From positions 330,070-394,069 of the forward strand of contig NMRA01000104.1 of assembly GCA_002633005.1 (NCBI GenBank): a DNA stretch of 64,000 nt. The letters run 5' to 3'. Below are positions 1-12,040 of the stretch, one piece after another. The translations under genes and the position numbers were made by a program. Within the stretch, counting starts at the first letter, position 1; every line of letters begins with the position of its first letter. The notes below the pieces were generated by a model. It had not been told where the DNA came from. It saw only the letters and a program-made list of their open reading frames with translations, and ran no database searches. This DNA is from Phoronis australis (lineage: Eukaryota > Animalia > Phoronida).

Positions 1-1199
1 AATTGCTTGTATTAATAATCTGGAACTTACAGTTAATGCTATTTGTTTTATTTAGTTATGTTTTCGACATGCTACTGGCGGATCTAGTATTCGCCCTGTC
101 ACAAGACCAGGTGGCAACACCGTCGCGTCCACACACCTGGAACTCTAGAAATGCCAAACTTGTCATGGAAATCTGCAAAATTTCACGAGTCCGCTGAAAA
201 TTAGTTCAGCAAAGAGACAATTTCCGATAAAGGGAAGTAGAAGACTTGAAATACAGTTATGAAAAGTAGAAATGGTCGCTTGACATTGCTTTTGATGCCC
301 GACACAGAAAATAGGCCTACTGTCGTGCGCTTCATCAGGTCTGAAACCGCCAGAATGGGGGAAATGATCTGACTGCATAGAAATAAGAAGAGTAGACGAG
401 GACGTGGTCTAAGCTGAGTCGGAGAAAAATGCCCTCGTAAGCCCCAAGAAGGGAGGGGGGTGTGCCGAAGAAGTTATGATTTTGGCATGCGCGGGAGTTG
501 GACCCGGCCCCCTGATGGCCTGCTCACCAAGTTGAGAGGTTAAAATCTTTATTTGTGGTGGGTAGCCTGATCAGCAAAATTTACTGTTTCCCTAAATGGT
601 CCACTGAAAACCGTGTATAAAATAAATTCCATACAATAACGAATGAAAGAGATAACATAAATGTAGAGCAGAAAATTGTTATAGATGCCACTATATACCA
701 TAACCATTAGAAATAATGAAGGAAGTCGTTGAAGAGGTGAAATAACAAACATGTAGTGGTTCATATATTCAAAATCGGGCAGTTTTACCTACGAACCGTT
801 AACACGGTTTTAGATCTTCATGGACGAAGCCTTTGTCAAAATGAAGCGTACTAGTGAGTGAGTAAGGTCACTTTTCAATGACGAGACGTTGGTTATGACG
901 AGCGCTCCATCTGTTGTCACAATGAGAAACGCGCTCCAATTTCAGTGAACTCTGTTTAGCTTAGGCCCTGTGTACACTTGTGCGCTCGTCGTCGGTACTT
1001 AGTTCCTCGGCCTCTGAGCTTGAAGGATAACGTTTTGTGAGTAGGTCTACCGCCTGGAAACTTGATTTACAACAGCATATGTAACCAATCACAGGCCAAG
1101 AATCCCATTCTTAGTATCCGGTCGCGGTAGATTACGGGGGTACCAGCAAACATTCGGTGGGGACCCGTTTGATATCGATCATTTGACGCTAGATCTCTT

Positions 1200-2640
1200 T
1201 AGTCCGGGAGCCAAATGCTGTTTTTTACTTAACCTGGATTTGCCGGATAAGTATTTCACGTAGCCTAGGCATAGTTAATCATGATTTAGGGGGGTGACCG
1301 TGTGCAACCCTTGAGCATTTTTTAAAATATGCAAATTAAGGACGCCATAATGCAAAATTATATTTTTGCTTATTATTTCTTTACTAAGCACTGCAGTCAG
1401 ATTATTTTGATGTATTCGTTCTTGTTTCCATGGACAACGAATTCAATAGTGACAGTTTTTGGGTGGATACATCGTCAATTTGCATAATTTATGCAAATCA
1501 AGGCCGCCATTATTCGAAATTCATTGTTGTAATAGCTACGGTTCCAAGCACCACAGGTGAACTATCATAACATATGCACTGGTGTTCCTACGGTCAACTA
1601 GTTTAATGAAATCAGTTTGTTAGTAGGTACATGATAAATATGCATAATTAATGTAAATTAAGGCCACCATTATTCGAAATAATATTTTTGCTTATAACGC
1701 CCTTACCAAGCACTGCAGACAGGTTACTTTAATGTTTATACCGATGCATCCATGATCGGTGAATTTAATGGATACATCGTGAATTGATATAATATATGCA
1801 AATTAAGGCCGCCATTATTCAAAATTCCACTTTTGCATATTGCTGAAGTATCAGGCACCCCAGGTAAACTATTTTAACGTCTTCACCAATTTTTCTATGG
1901 TCAATTAATTTAATGAAATAAGTTGGCAAGTTGTTGCATGATAAATTTGCATAATTTATACACATAAAGGGAAAGTATTCGAAATACTGTTTCTGCGTAA
2001 TTTCCTTATGGGCATTACATGTAGATTTTTTCGTATTATATCTCATGTTTTCAAGGCCATCATGAATTTGCATTATTGATAATTTACACATATTACAGCT
2101 GCCATATTCAAAATTCTACTTATACTTATAACTAGCTGCTGTACAAGACACCGAGGTTAGTTATTAATATTTGCACCCATGTTTCTGTGGTCAATGAATT
2201 TAATGAAATCTGTTTGCAGGTTGTAGCATGATAAGTTTACAGATTGAATCTCTGTTTTTGAAGATGAAGAAAATATTTTATGCTCAGTGTTCAGTAGTTT
2301 GAGACCTTAAATTCGAAAAAGATATTGCCTATTGTCATGCGCTCCTACAGACCATAGAAAAACGCAGATTAGGTTAATGACCTGGATGAATGATGAAATG
2401 GGGCTCCCAGCATCGGTCTTTTGTGGACCCAGAGGTCCATCCCAAAGACGCAGTAGTGAACATTAGTAGTGATAGGATTGCTACTCCAACAGTTAATGTA
2501 CGTGAAACAATAAGCATTGGACAGGCAATATTATCAAACTTCGAGAAAGGCTAGCAGTGCGTAAGGAACATGAGCTGATAATAACTGAGAAAGACCCCCT
2601 GTCCCTTAATATGGAACAAGGACATCTGCAGTAGGTATTT
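1200..2640 (-). mobile_element. Partial inverted copy of the TAGTCCGG-terminated DNA transposon at 3040-5628
   Basis: 1200-1345 is the reverse complement of 5460-5628; about 2400-2570 is the reverse complement of about 3850-4000; same AATTTGCATAATTTATGCAAAT subterminal repeats. Right boundary is approximate. Confidence 0.8.
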
Positions 2641-3039
2641 AATACCAGCTGGAGACATCCCTCGAAGAAGCCGGCTCCATTATTGTGCATGTGAAGTTAA
2701 CAAATTTCCAGTTGTTTTGGATGACGCAAATGTATTTTTGCTTCTGTGTGCAATACTATAGCTATATCATATATTGAGAACTATTTAAGTTTCGGACTAT
2801 GCAAGCGGTATTTGATTTTACTGTAATTTCTTGGACTTTCCTGAGTTCTAATTTAGTCTGTAGGTTTTGAAATTTTTCCATTGACGTTGTGCAATGCTTT
2901 GTTTAACATTTGGATAAATAATAATGTATTTCTGAGTACATGTTGAAACTGGTATTTTGTGTTTTCAGTTGTCTCACTGGTTCATGTATATAATCCCTGG
3001 TGTTCGCACACAGAAAGCTTGGTTATAAACTATCCTTTT

Positions 3040-5628
3040 TAGTCCGGGAACCAGGGGGTTGAACCTGGTTTTGTCGGATAAAGTTTTTTCTTTGTTGTTT
3101 CATATATCCTAGGGTTAAGTAATCATTATTTAGGGGGGTGACCGTTGGCAACCCTTGAGCATTTTTAAATATGCGAATTAAGGTCGCCATTATGCAAAAT
3201 TCTTATTTCCTTACCAAGCATTGCAGCCACATAATTTTGACGTTTTTACCCATGTTTTCATGGTCAATGAATTTAATAGTGCAAGTTTTTTTGATGAATA
3301 CATTGTCAATTTGCATAATTTATGCAAATTAAGGCAATCATATGCAAAACTCTGTTTTTGCTTATTTCCTTACCAAGCACTGCAGGCAGGTTATTTTGAT
3401 GTTTCCACCCATGTTTCCATGGTCAACGAATCTAATAGTGGAAGTTTTTTTGGTGAATACGTTGTCAATTTGCATAATTTATGCAAATTAAGGCAATCAT
3501 ATGCAAAACTCTGTTTTTGCTTATTTCCTTACCAAGCACTGCAGGCAGGTTATTTTGATGTTTCCACCCATGTTTCCATGGTCAACGAATCTAATAGTGG
3601 AAATTTTTTGGTGAATACGTTGTCAATTTGCATAATTTATGCAAATTAAGGCCGCCATTATTCACAATTCTTCTTGTGCTTATAGCTACTGTATCAGGCA
3701 CCACAGATGAAGATGATTTTTGCACCTATATTCTTTTGGTCAGTTAGTTTAATAAGATCGGTTTGCACATTGTTGCGTGATAAATTTGCATAATTAATGC
3801 AAATTTGCATAACTAATGCAACAAGGATCTTCATCAGTGATTACCTACTTGCGTTCCTAACATACTGCCAGCCTTTCTCGAAGTCTGATAACATTGCCTG
3901 TCCATTGCTTGTTTCATGTAGGCCTACATTAACTGTTGGAGTAGCAACCCTGTCACTGCTAATGTTCACTACTGCGTCTTTGGGATAGACCTTGGGATCC
4001 AATAGATCGATGCTGGTATCTTTTTTGACAGATTCGTGCAATATCCTGGGCATGTGCATCAAGACGTGCCTTACTTTCTTCCGTGTGATAGGTTTTAGTA
4101 CAGGATCTAATGTTGACCGCTCGCCATCTCTCCAAGATCTGTTTCAATCTTGTAGGACAAATGGCAACTTGTGCCCAAAGTTTAAGAGTTTCTTCTTTGA
4201 GGGCAATTCCCTACTATTCCCTCACTACTGTTTTCGTACCTCATGCATGTGATCCCTTTAAACTGATTGCTCCGAGCTCCATTCCAGCACTCACCCAAGT
4301 CATTAAACTAATCTGCGTTTTTTCTATGGTCTGTGGGGGTGCAGAAAATAGGCAATATCTTTTTTGGAGTTTAAAGTCTCAAACTGCAGAACACACACTA
4401 CACCAAATATTTTCTTACTTCATCATCGAAAAGGAGATTCTGCAAATTTATCATGCTACTACCACCACTGAAACATGGATGCAAATATTTGTAACTAACC
4501 TCTGGTGTCTGATGCAGCAGTTATAAGCACAAGTAGAATTTTGAATATGAGATCTCTTGAGTACATTATCAATAATTGCAAATTTATGTAAACGTAAGAT
4601 AAATTTGAAAATAATCTACACGTAATGCCAGTAAGGAAATTATGAGCAGAAACAGTATTTGGAATACTGGTGTCCTTTATTTGTATAAACTATGAAAATT
4701 CGTCATGCAACAACTTACCAACTGATTTCACAGAAACATTGGGTAAAGACATTAAACTAGTTTACTTGGGGTGCCTGATACTGCAGCTATAAGCAAAAGT
4801 AGAACTTTTGAATAATGACGGCCTTAATTTGCACATACATGTATTATGCAAATTCATAATGTATCCACCAGTAAACGTGCTCCATTAAATTCACTGACCA
4901 AGGAAGCACAGGTGAAAACATTAAAGTAACCTGTCTGAAGTGCTTGGTAAGGGCGTTTTAAGCAAAGTATAATTTTGAATAATGGTGACCTCAATTTGCA
5001 TTAATTATGCAAATTTATCATACAACAACATGCATGATTTCATTAAACTAATTGACCATAGAAACATAGGTGCAAATTTCATGATAATTCACCTGTGATG
5101 ATTGGTACCATGCCTATTAGAACAAGTAAAATTTTGAATAATGGCGGCCTTAATTTACATAAATTATGCAAATTGACCTTTTTTCCACCCAAAAACTTTC
5201 ACTATTAAATTCGTTGACCATGGAAACTTGGGTGAAAGCATCAAAATAACCTGCCTGCAGTGCTTGGTAAGGAAATTATAAGCAAAAATAGAATTTTGCA
5301 TAATGACGGCCTTAATTTGCATAAATTATGCAAATTGACAATGTATTCACCAAACAACTTGCACTGTTTAATTCATTGACCATGAAAACATGGATAAAAA
5401 CGTCAAAATTATCTGGCTGCAGTGCTTGGTAAGGAAATTATACGCAAAAATAGAATTTTGCATAATGGCGACCTTAATTTGCATATTTTAAAAAATGCTC
5501 AAGGGTTGCGAACGGTCACCCCCCTAAATCATGATTAACTATGCCTAGGCTACATGAAACAGCAAAGAAAAAAACTTTATCCGACAAATCCAGGTTAAGT
5601 AAAAAAACAGCATTTGGCTCCCGGACTA
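3040..5628. mobile_element. Non-autonomous DNA transposon, probably Academ-like (TAG...CTA ends, 3-bp TSD TTT)
   Basis: Termini TAGTCCGGGA (3040) and TCCCGGACTA (5628), flanked by TTT on both sides; long subterminal arrays of about 120-160 bp units; degenerate transposase-like fragments on minus 3841-4147 (HTEESKARLD; IDLLDPKVYPKDAVVNISSDRVATPTVNV...FEKGW). Superfamily assignment is from remembered terminal and TSD rules. Confidence 0.75.
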
Positions 5629-7246
5629 TTTGGTTTTTATCCCCTAAATTGTTTATTAAACTGATGCAGTTGGTCAAAAGTAGTTCCATCCATTCATATG
5701 TTGTTTTGGAGTAAGGGTCTGATGTGTCTGTCAACAATTAGCCTGGTGCTTATTATAGTTAGATATTTTTTATGATAAGGGTCTGAAAATTTTTAGACCA
5801 GGCGAACAATCGTCATGAAAACAGGCCACTGAATGTATGTGTGTCTGTTATGGAATGAAGAGAATCAAGAAGATGTTTGTTGCTCCCTTGATCTACCTTT
5901 CTTGCAACAGTGGCTGTTCATAAGCACTCAGTACCACTTCCTGTCCGCAAGGCAAGTTTGAGCTGTAAATTCAAATACCCCTTAGACTTAGACTGTTCAG
6001 GTTACCAAAAGTCCCCTAGTCGACACCCATTTGTCTACAGTTGTATCCAATTTCAAGGATCTAGGTGTTTTGGTATTGACTGCTAGTCCTTAGTAGTCGC
6101 GATCGTCTCAGCTGGACTCCTGTACACATAGATGGCCACCCCATAACTCATAAGGCCGCCATAGGCTGGAAGCTTTTCTGAAAAATCTGCCTCACATTGA
6201 TCAAACCATCAAATTCATGTCACTATAAGTACCTTTTACGCACAGAGGGAACCCATAGGAGGCCGTTGATGTCCCTAACTTATCCCAGTTCGAACAGATA
6301 CACCGGCCTGGCGCAATCAAAGTTTTTTCGAACATCCCCTCGTTTCAGTTCCCCCAGGGAGTATGACGTCATGTCAAAAGCGCACTTGCACACTGTAAGG
6401 TCAGTTTCTGCTTCATATTTTGTTTTATTTGCAAAAAAGAAACAAACTGCTTTATTCTGCAGCCTGTATATGGGGCCGCAAAATGAGGTAAAACTGTTGA
6501 AACTTTCATCCAGTTCATAATCTTTGAATATGTAAACCACATGTGGGGTCGGTTTCAGTCGAGCTGGCAACTTCTGATTCAAGCATCGATAACTGCATCA
6601 AATGTTTCATAATGAGAACGGAGTAGACATTGGCCAGCTACGTTTTGAAGTGCCCCAGTCTGGCAACGACTTCTTAAAGAGCTCAAAACCACCATTTACC
6701 TTATTTTAACAAGTGGCTAAATTGTCAGTGTTTAATAAACTTTCATTTACAACATATCGCAACTGTGTATTCAATATCCCCAAAACGGGAAAACAGAAGA
6801 AAGGCAACTTTAATTGAAAGCTTCTTAGCTGGGGGTCATGAAAGTGACGTATGAACGAGCCCAGCGCCTGCATGTCATGTCCACCAACACTGGAGTTCCT
6901 TGTACAAAGTCTGTACTATATCGGGCGCACTTTTTTGGTGTCCCGCGAAAAGTGAAAAGTGCTACAACGTGCTCGAGTTGTCACAACCACCACAAACGCA
7001 ACACCTCACCATTCCTTATTATAATATAAACCACGGGAAACTAGCAGCAGTATCTGACGACTAAATACTCTTACACAATGACGATTACTAATGCTTTGAT
7101 TGGTAGGCCCGATTCTACGTTGTAACTGTGCCGACCAATGAATGCTCGTAACAAGGTCAGCTAATTAACATATCGTCAGTTGTGTTTGCAGGTGTTCTAA
7201 CTTGACAGTTGACCGACTGGTGAAGTTGTTTTTTGTTGTTTGTGAT

Positions 7247-8010
7247 ATGAAATTGGTGGTTTTTAGCACTTTAAAGCTGCAGTTCATCCTCTTTAGGTGG
7301 CTAAAAACGAGTGGCAATGTATGCCTTTTTGACGTCATAAAATGGTCTTATATCAAATTACCGTGATAGAGTTCCATTTACGTTAGCCAACAAGCGCATC
7401 AAAATCATCAACGAGTCCATTGGAGTTGACTTACCCTAAAATTGTGTATTCGAAATGACGCATTTATACGCATTGCCTATGACTTGAATCAACAGCTTGT
7501 CAATTTAAGAAAAAATCAAGATCGGACGACCGTCGTAACGTTTTTAAACCATGAAGCGCTTAACGGTTAAGAAAAACAAAAACTTTGACAGCTAGACAGG
7601 AGCGAAATGCAGCTTTAGCCGTTGTGACGTCATGACCGCCAATTTTATGCGCACACCGACAAGACGAATTTGGAGAATGCGCTCCTAACAGGAGCTTAAT
7701 AAAAACACTCAAGTATGAGATCTACGGTTTTATTGCCACTGGTACACAGACTATCTAACATACAGTTAATTTCAATACTCAGGCCGGCGTGACTTGCAAG
7801 ATTTACATAATAGGCCTATAGATGATTTTGTACATGTTCAGCTAAACGATTTTGTCTGCGACCCACTTATATCAGAATAAGAACTCTTGCCGAGAAATAC
7901 GACATGACTGTATGGAGAGATGTCAACGACGTGAATCCAAATCAATACATTATAACGGACATGACATATCATGTTTTAAATTAACTTGGCTATATATCCA
8001 CCTTCTCTAA
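7247..8010 (+). pseudogene. Putative pseudogene H of the secreted Cys-rich family, signal exon interrupted by a TTAA MITE
   Basis: Removing 7275-7618 gives MKLVVFSTLAVVTS*PPILCAHRQDEF...IKTL with donor AA|gtatga (7712). Acceptor ttcag (7841) leads in frame, after one TAA, to NSCREIRHDCMERC...ISCFKLTWLYIHLL* (C-x6-C start and aromatic end like A/B/C). Confidence 0.4.
7275..7614. mobile_element. Short non-autonomous Kolobok-like element
   Basis: TTAA|AGCTGCAGTTC at the left and GAAATGCAGCT|TTAG at the right (imperfect TIR, degenerate TTAA TSD). Confidence 0.55.
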
Positions 8011-8623
8011 ATGATATAAATTTTCAATTAGATCACTTACCAGTAAATTGGTTTCAAGTTCTTTCTAGTTAAACTAGAGAGGATTTATGGATTTGGTAAG
8101 AACTGACAGTCCATTTTTGCTTGTGACCACGCTCCACAAGGTGGTTTGTCACATCCGGTCATTCGAAGCAATAATGAACCACACTTTTAAGTTAAAAACA
8201 CTTTTGAAGTGGGTTAAAAACAACTTGGATCAGTTTCAGTGAGTAGTCTAAATCAAAAAATATTTTTTTCTGTGGCAAAACGCGGGTTTAATTGCCGCTT
8301 CGAGTATTGAAAGTATAATGTTCGTTCAACAAATAAAGTGTATGTAATGATCGACTTGAAAATGACTACTAAGTTTTAACACCACACCTTATCGTACTTC
8401 TATCTGATTGGTTGGGCATATTGTGTTGAATAATGTAACAAACGAGAACCGACGAGAGTATGACATCTTCTAAAGTGTAATCAATAGTCTTTTATTTCGT
8501 TCTATAAAATTTGAGCGTTTTAACTAAACATTTGGTGCTCATAATTTTACAGGACGAGAGGCAGCTTGTCGATGATTTCTGCGATCAAATACTGAACGTC
8601 CTTTAAATACTTGTTAGATTTTC

Positions 8624-8846
8624 CATGGGCGCACCCAGGGGGGAGGGGGGCTTGGCGAATTGGGCAAAAAGGCCCACCTAAGTGAAACAAAAAGTCCGAT
8701 TAAACCAAACAAAAGTCCTCAAAATCGACGGGAAGTCGGTGCGGATGTATCCCCGTTTTTATTAGTCCTCGTTGATTTCTTTCAGTAAAAGGTCCGCATA
8801 TTGAAAAATTCGAGGCCCCCAATATTTTAGGCTGGGTGCGCGCATG
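8624..8846. mobile_element. CATG-ended MITE with 5-bp TSD (TTTTC)
   Basis: TIR CATGGGCGCACCCAG / CTGGGTGCGCGCATG; TTTTC on both flanks; related inverted copy at 29822-30088. Confidence 0.8.
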
Positions 8847-9722
8847 TTTTCCAGTTTGAATTTGACTATTATCGGCCTGATGAAGAGACCTATATATGGT
8901 ATGCACGTCAACTTCGTTGCATAAGTTTGTCTTGTGACTTGTACGGAATCTAACGAATATAATTGCGCAGGATGAGCATAGCGCTACGAAACACATAACG
9001 CGTCATCGAGACACAACTCCACGTTGGCGAGTAACCATGTAGAGAACATCACTTTCGCACGTCACGGTCAAACTCATTTAATAAGGATGTTAGTTCATTT
9101 TGTTGATTTCGGCTAAACTACTCCCCAAGTTGAGTCGTTGTCCTCCATAAAATTGAAAAGCAAGCCTGAAATTAAAAATCAAATTTTCACCATAAATCAC
9201 TTACTACAGGCATATTTTCTATATTATTTCCTTTAATGTAGAAAAACAAAACATGAATGAAATATAGGCTCCTTTCCACGTAGGTTCAGGATTCTAGTTA
9301 TTGCTTTTATGTTGGGAATATGAACGGCATAGACTCGAAAAAATGTCCAACCAAAAGTACGCCCAAGGGCGTATTTTCGGGAAAAATTCCAATAACACCC
9401 ATGATCACATTTTCGGCAACTTAGTGTTTGCATCTTTTGAAAATCTGATGGATTATCCTAACATACACATGTAATAGGTTTTGGTTTAGAATTTTTTTTA
9501 ATCAAGACATTTATTATTTAAAGAGATATTGGAAGACGAGTTTGTTGGTAACACACAGTTTTAAGCACAGTATGAAGGAAAATGTCAACCCCCACCTTCC
9601 GAAAATACGTCTGGACGATTTATCGTTTTCAAAAGGCCATTTTCCGACTATCCGCCCATGAGCCTATTTTCGAAATTACCGGTAGTAGGTAGTAGTGGCG
9701 GCAAAATATCAGTAGTAGCCCT

Positions 9723-9724
<2 letters not shown>

Positions 9725-9773
<49 letters not shown>

Positions 9774-9775
9774 CA
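9725..9775. repeat. (CAG)n microsatellite
   Basis: Direct reading of the sequence. Confidence 0.95.
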
Positions 9776-9842
9776 AAAACATGCAAGAACATGGAAAGAT
9801 CTATGTGACATGCCACACAAATAACAGCAACAGAAAATGATA

Positions 9843-10718
9843 TATATAGATTATTACATGGCGAAGTCGTTATCCCCCGTTATCTAGAGCCCGAGTGGAT
9901 TTTGGAGAAATATCGCCCGAGGGGCGTTAGCCCCGAGGGTGATAATTCTCCAAAATCCACGAGGGCTCTAGATAAGGGGGATAATGGCTGAGAACATGTA
10001 ATAATCTATTTATACCACATACTAAACGAGAAACATTGCAATGAATCGATTTACCTTTTCTGACTCTCCACGGCTTTGTAACTACTTTCTATGTCAGAGG
10101 CCCGGGGTCGGAGGTCGTGACCTTTTAAGAAAAGCCCAGCTATTTTTGTCAAATAATGCTTTTACTCAAAACCAATTGAAAATTTAAATATTATAGAGAT
10201 AAATTGAATTTATAAATTAAGGTTTACCAACTATTATAGCTTAAAACACGTTTTTTTTTCACGCTAAGCTTCGACCGGGAAATTATCGTCTGCTAAAGTA
10301 GGTTACCTCTGGTAACTGAACATAATTCTCAAGTCAAAGATCCTGACGAGACGATACCCGCATTCAAACTAGAGATCGGTGATTTACAAGTAAGAGGACA
10401 TGAGAGAAAAATTTCACCGAATTAAGATATCATTTTTATGGAAATTATGTGTCTTATTTTTCGTAGCGTATAAGTACAGTACAATGTGGTTTGTTGAACG
10501 TGCGATTATTGCTCGTGCTCATTTAAGTATTCTATATTCAATCTTGATGACGTCAGTGGCTGCGTGGTGTAGTGGTAAAGTCGGCGACTAGCAATATTAG
10601 GGTCCCGGGTTCGACCCCGTCCTCGGTTTCCCGCCAAATCGATATCTCACTAGTGAGATAACTCTATGGGTTATTACACGGTTGTATCTGCCATTTGACG
10701 CTAATATTGTGGTATAAA
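9843..10718 (+). mobile_element. Non-autonomous element with 5' palindrome and asymmetric inverted repeat (Crypton-like or Helentron-like), containing a tRNA-like segment
   Basis: About 170 bp hairpin 9843-10012; TTTATACCACA (10010) inverted to TGTGGTATAAA (10708-10718); A/B-box-like TGGTGTAGTGG...GGTTCGACCCC at about 10566-10618; inverted copies at 14693-15302 and about 31120-31803. Confidence 0.7.
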
Positions 10719-11176
10719 GTTAGTTACAAAACAGTAGCGTACAACATTAACTTCCGAATTGAAAGAGCATCCCCGAGATATTTAGCTAAAGAACGTATGG
10801 TACTTTCAGTAGCATACATGAGACATAAAATTCACTGTTCAAGAATGATTTGGGGTCTAGGTTAAATGTAGTGTGAAAAACATCGAACATTTTTCTCTAA
10901 TATTGTCAAATACACAGCAATGAAACAAAAATGAAACTCATCCTCAACTTGTAGTGAGTGACATATTTCACAGTCAGGATTAACCTACAAAGCGTCCTGT
11001 TTCTAATCTGAGAGGAAGGATTCCAGAGCGAAACTGAGTAAGAAATGAACGGTCAAGTGGAAGTTTAATGTACAGTTCTGTTTCAAAAGCATTTTAAATG
11101 TTTTTAGCGTTCTCAATTTGCGCAAATAGTTGCAGCAGTAATAGTAATAACATCATTTTGGGCAAAGTACGATTAG

Positions 11177-11882
11177 AAAACGGGCAATCGCCGCACAGAT
11201 AAAAAAAATTTCAAGTTAACTCAACGTTTCGTCTATTCATAAGACATCATCAGGATGTGTACAGTTCAGTGGACAACAAGTGTCAATTACCATTGAAGTC
11301 ACATCCATGTGGTGAAATGAGAGTGAGAGATACAGGGAAAGTAAGTAGGTCATCACCATAGTTGTAGGGTCACTGAGCTCTGCATGTTATTGAGAGAATC
11401 AGTCATTGGCCATTCAGGACCAGCTTGTTACGGATAATCGCCGCACAAATAAAAAGTTCGTGTTAACTCAACGTTTCGTCTATTCATAAGACATCATCAG
11501 GATATGTACAATAGGACAACTGTCGATTACCACTCAAGTCACATCCATGTAGTGAAATTAGAATGAGAGATACAGGAAAGTAAGTAGGTCATCACCATAG
11601 TTGTAGGGTCACTGAGCTCTGCATGTTATTGAGAGAATCAGTCATTGGCCATTCAGGACCAGCTTGTTACTGATTCTCTCAATAACATGCAGAGCTCAGT
11701 GACCCTACAACTATGGTGATGACCTACTTACTTTCCTGTATCTCTCACTCTAATTTCACTACATGGATGTGACTTGAGTGGTAATCGACAGTTGTCCTAT
11801 TGTACATATCCTGATGATGTCTTATGAATAGACGAAACGTTGAGTTAACACGAACTTTTTATTTGTGCGGCGATTATCCGTT
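11177..11882. repeat. Penelope-type pseudo-LTR array: two direct copies (period about 247 bp) plus one inverted copy
   Basis: 11177-11430 repeated at 11431-11670, then reverse complement at 11671-11882; lies immediately 5' of a Penelope RT; each unit carries a hammerhead core. Confidence 0.8.
11811..11841 (+). ncRNA. Minimal hammerhead ribozyme-like motif (also on minus at 11223-11253 and 11470-11500)
   Basis: CTGATGA-t-GTCT(tatgaat)AGAC-GAAA-CGTT: catalytic core boxes, stem II and palindromic AACGTT stem III as in Penelope minimal hammerheads; stem I is weak. Confidence 0.6.
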
Positions 11883-12040
11883 TCCTAATAGTAATAGTAA
11901 TAGTAATAGTATTTTATTGACCACGGCACTAGCAGTGGTGCGGTAGTACATGCAGTTGTATTTTATTGAAGCTATTACTAATGACGTTATGAATTACAAA
12001 AAGCAAAACTACAAATATAATATTACTAAGTCCGAAAAAG

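Noticed and set aside
3221-3649. 142-aa repetitive ORF
   Set aside because: Product of the roughly 160 bp subterminal repeats of the transposon.
9629-9840. Poly-Cys and poly-Ser ORFs
   Set aside because: Translations of a (CAG)n microsatellite.
10556-10625. tRNA gene
   Set aside because: A/B boxes are present but there is no sound acceptor stem, and it is part of a dispersed repeat.
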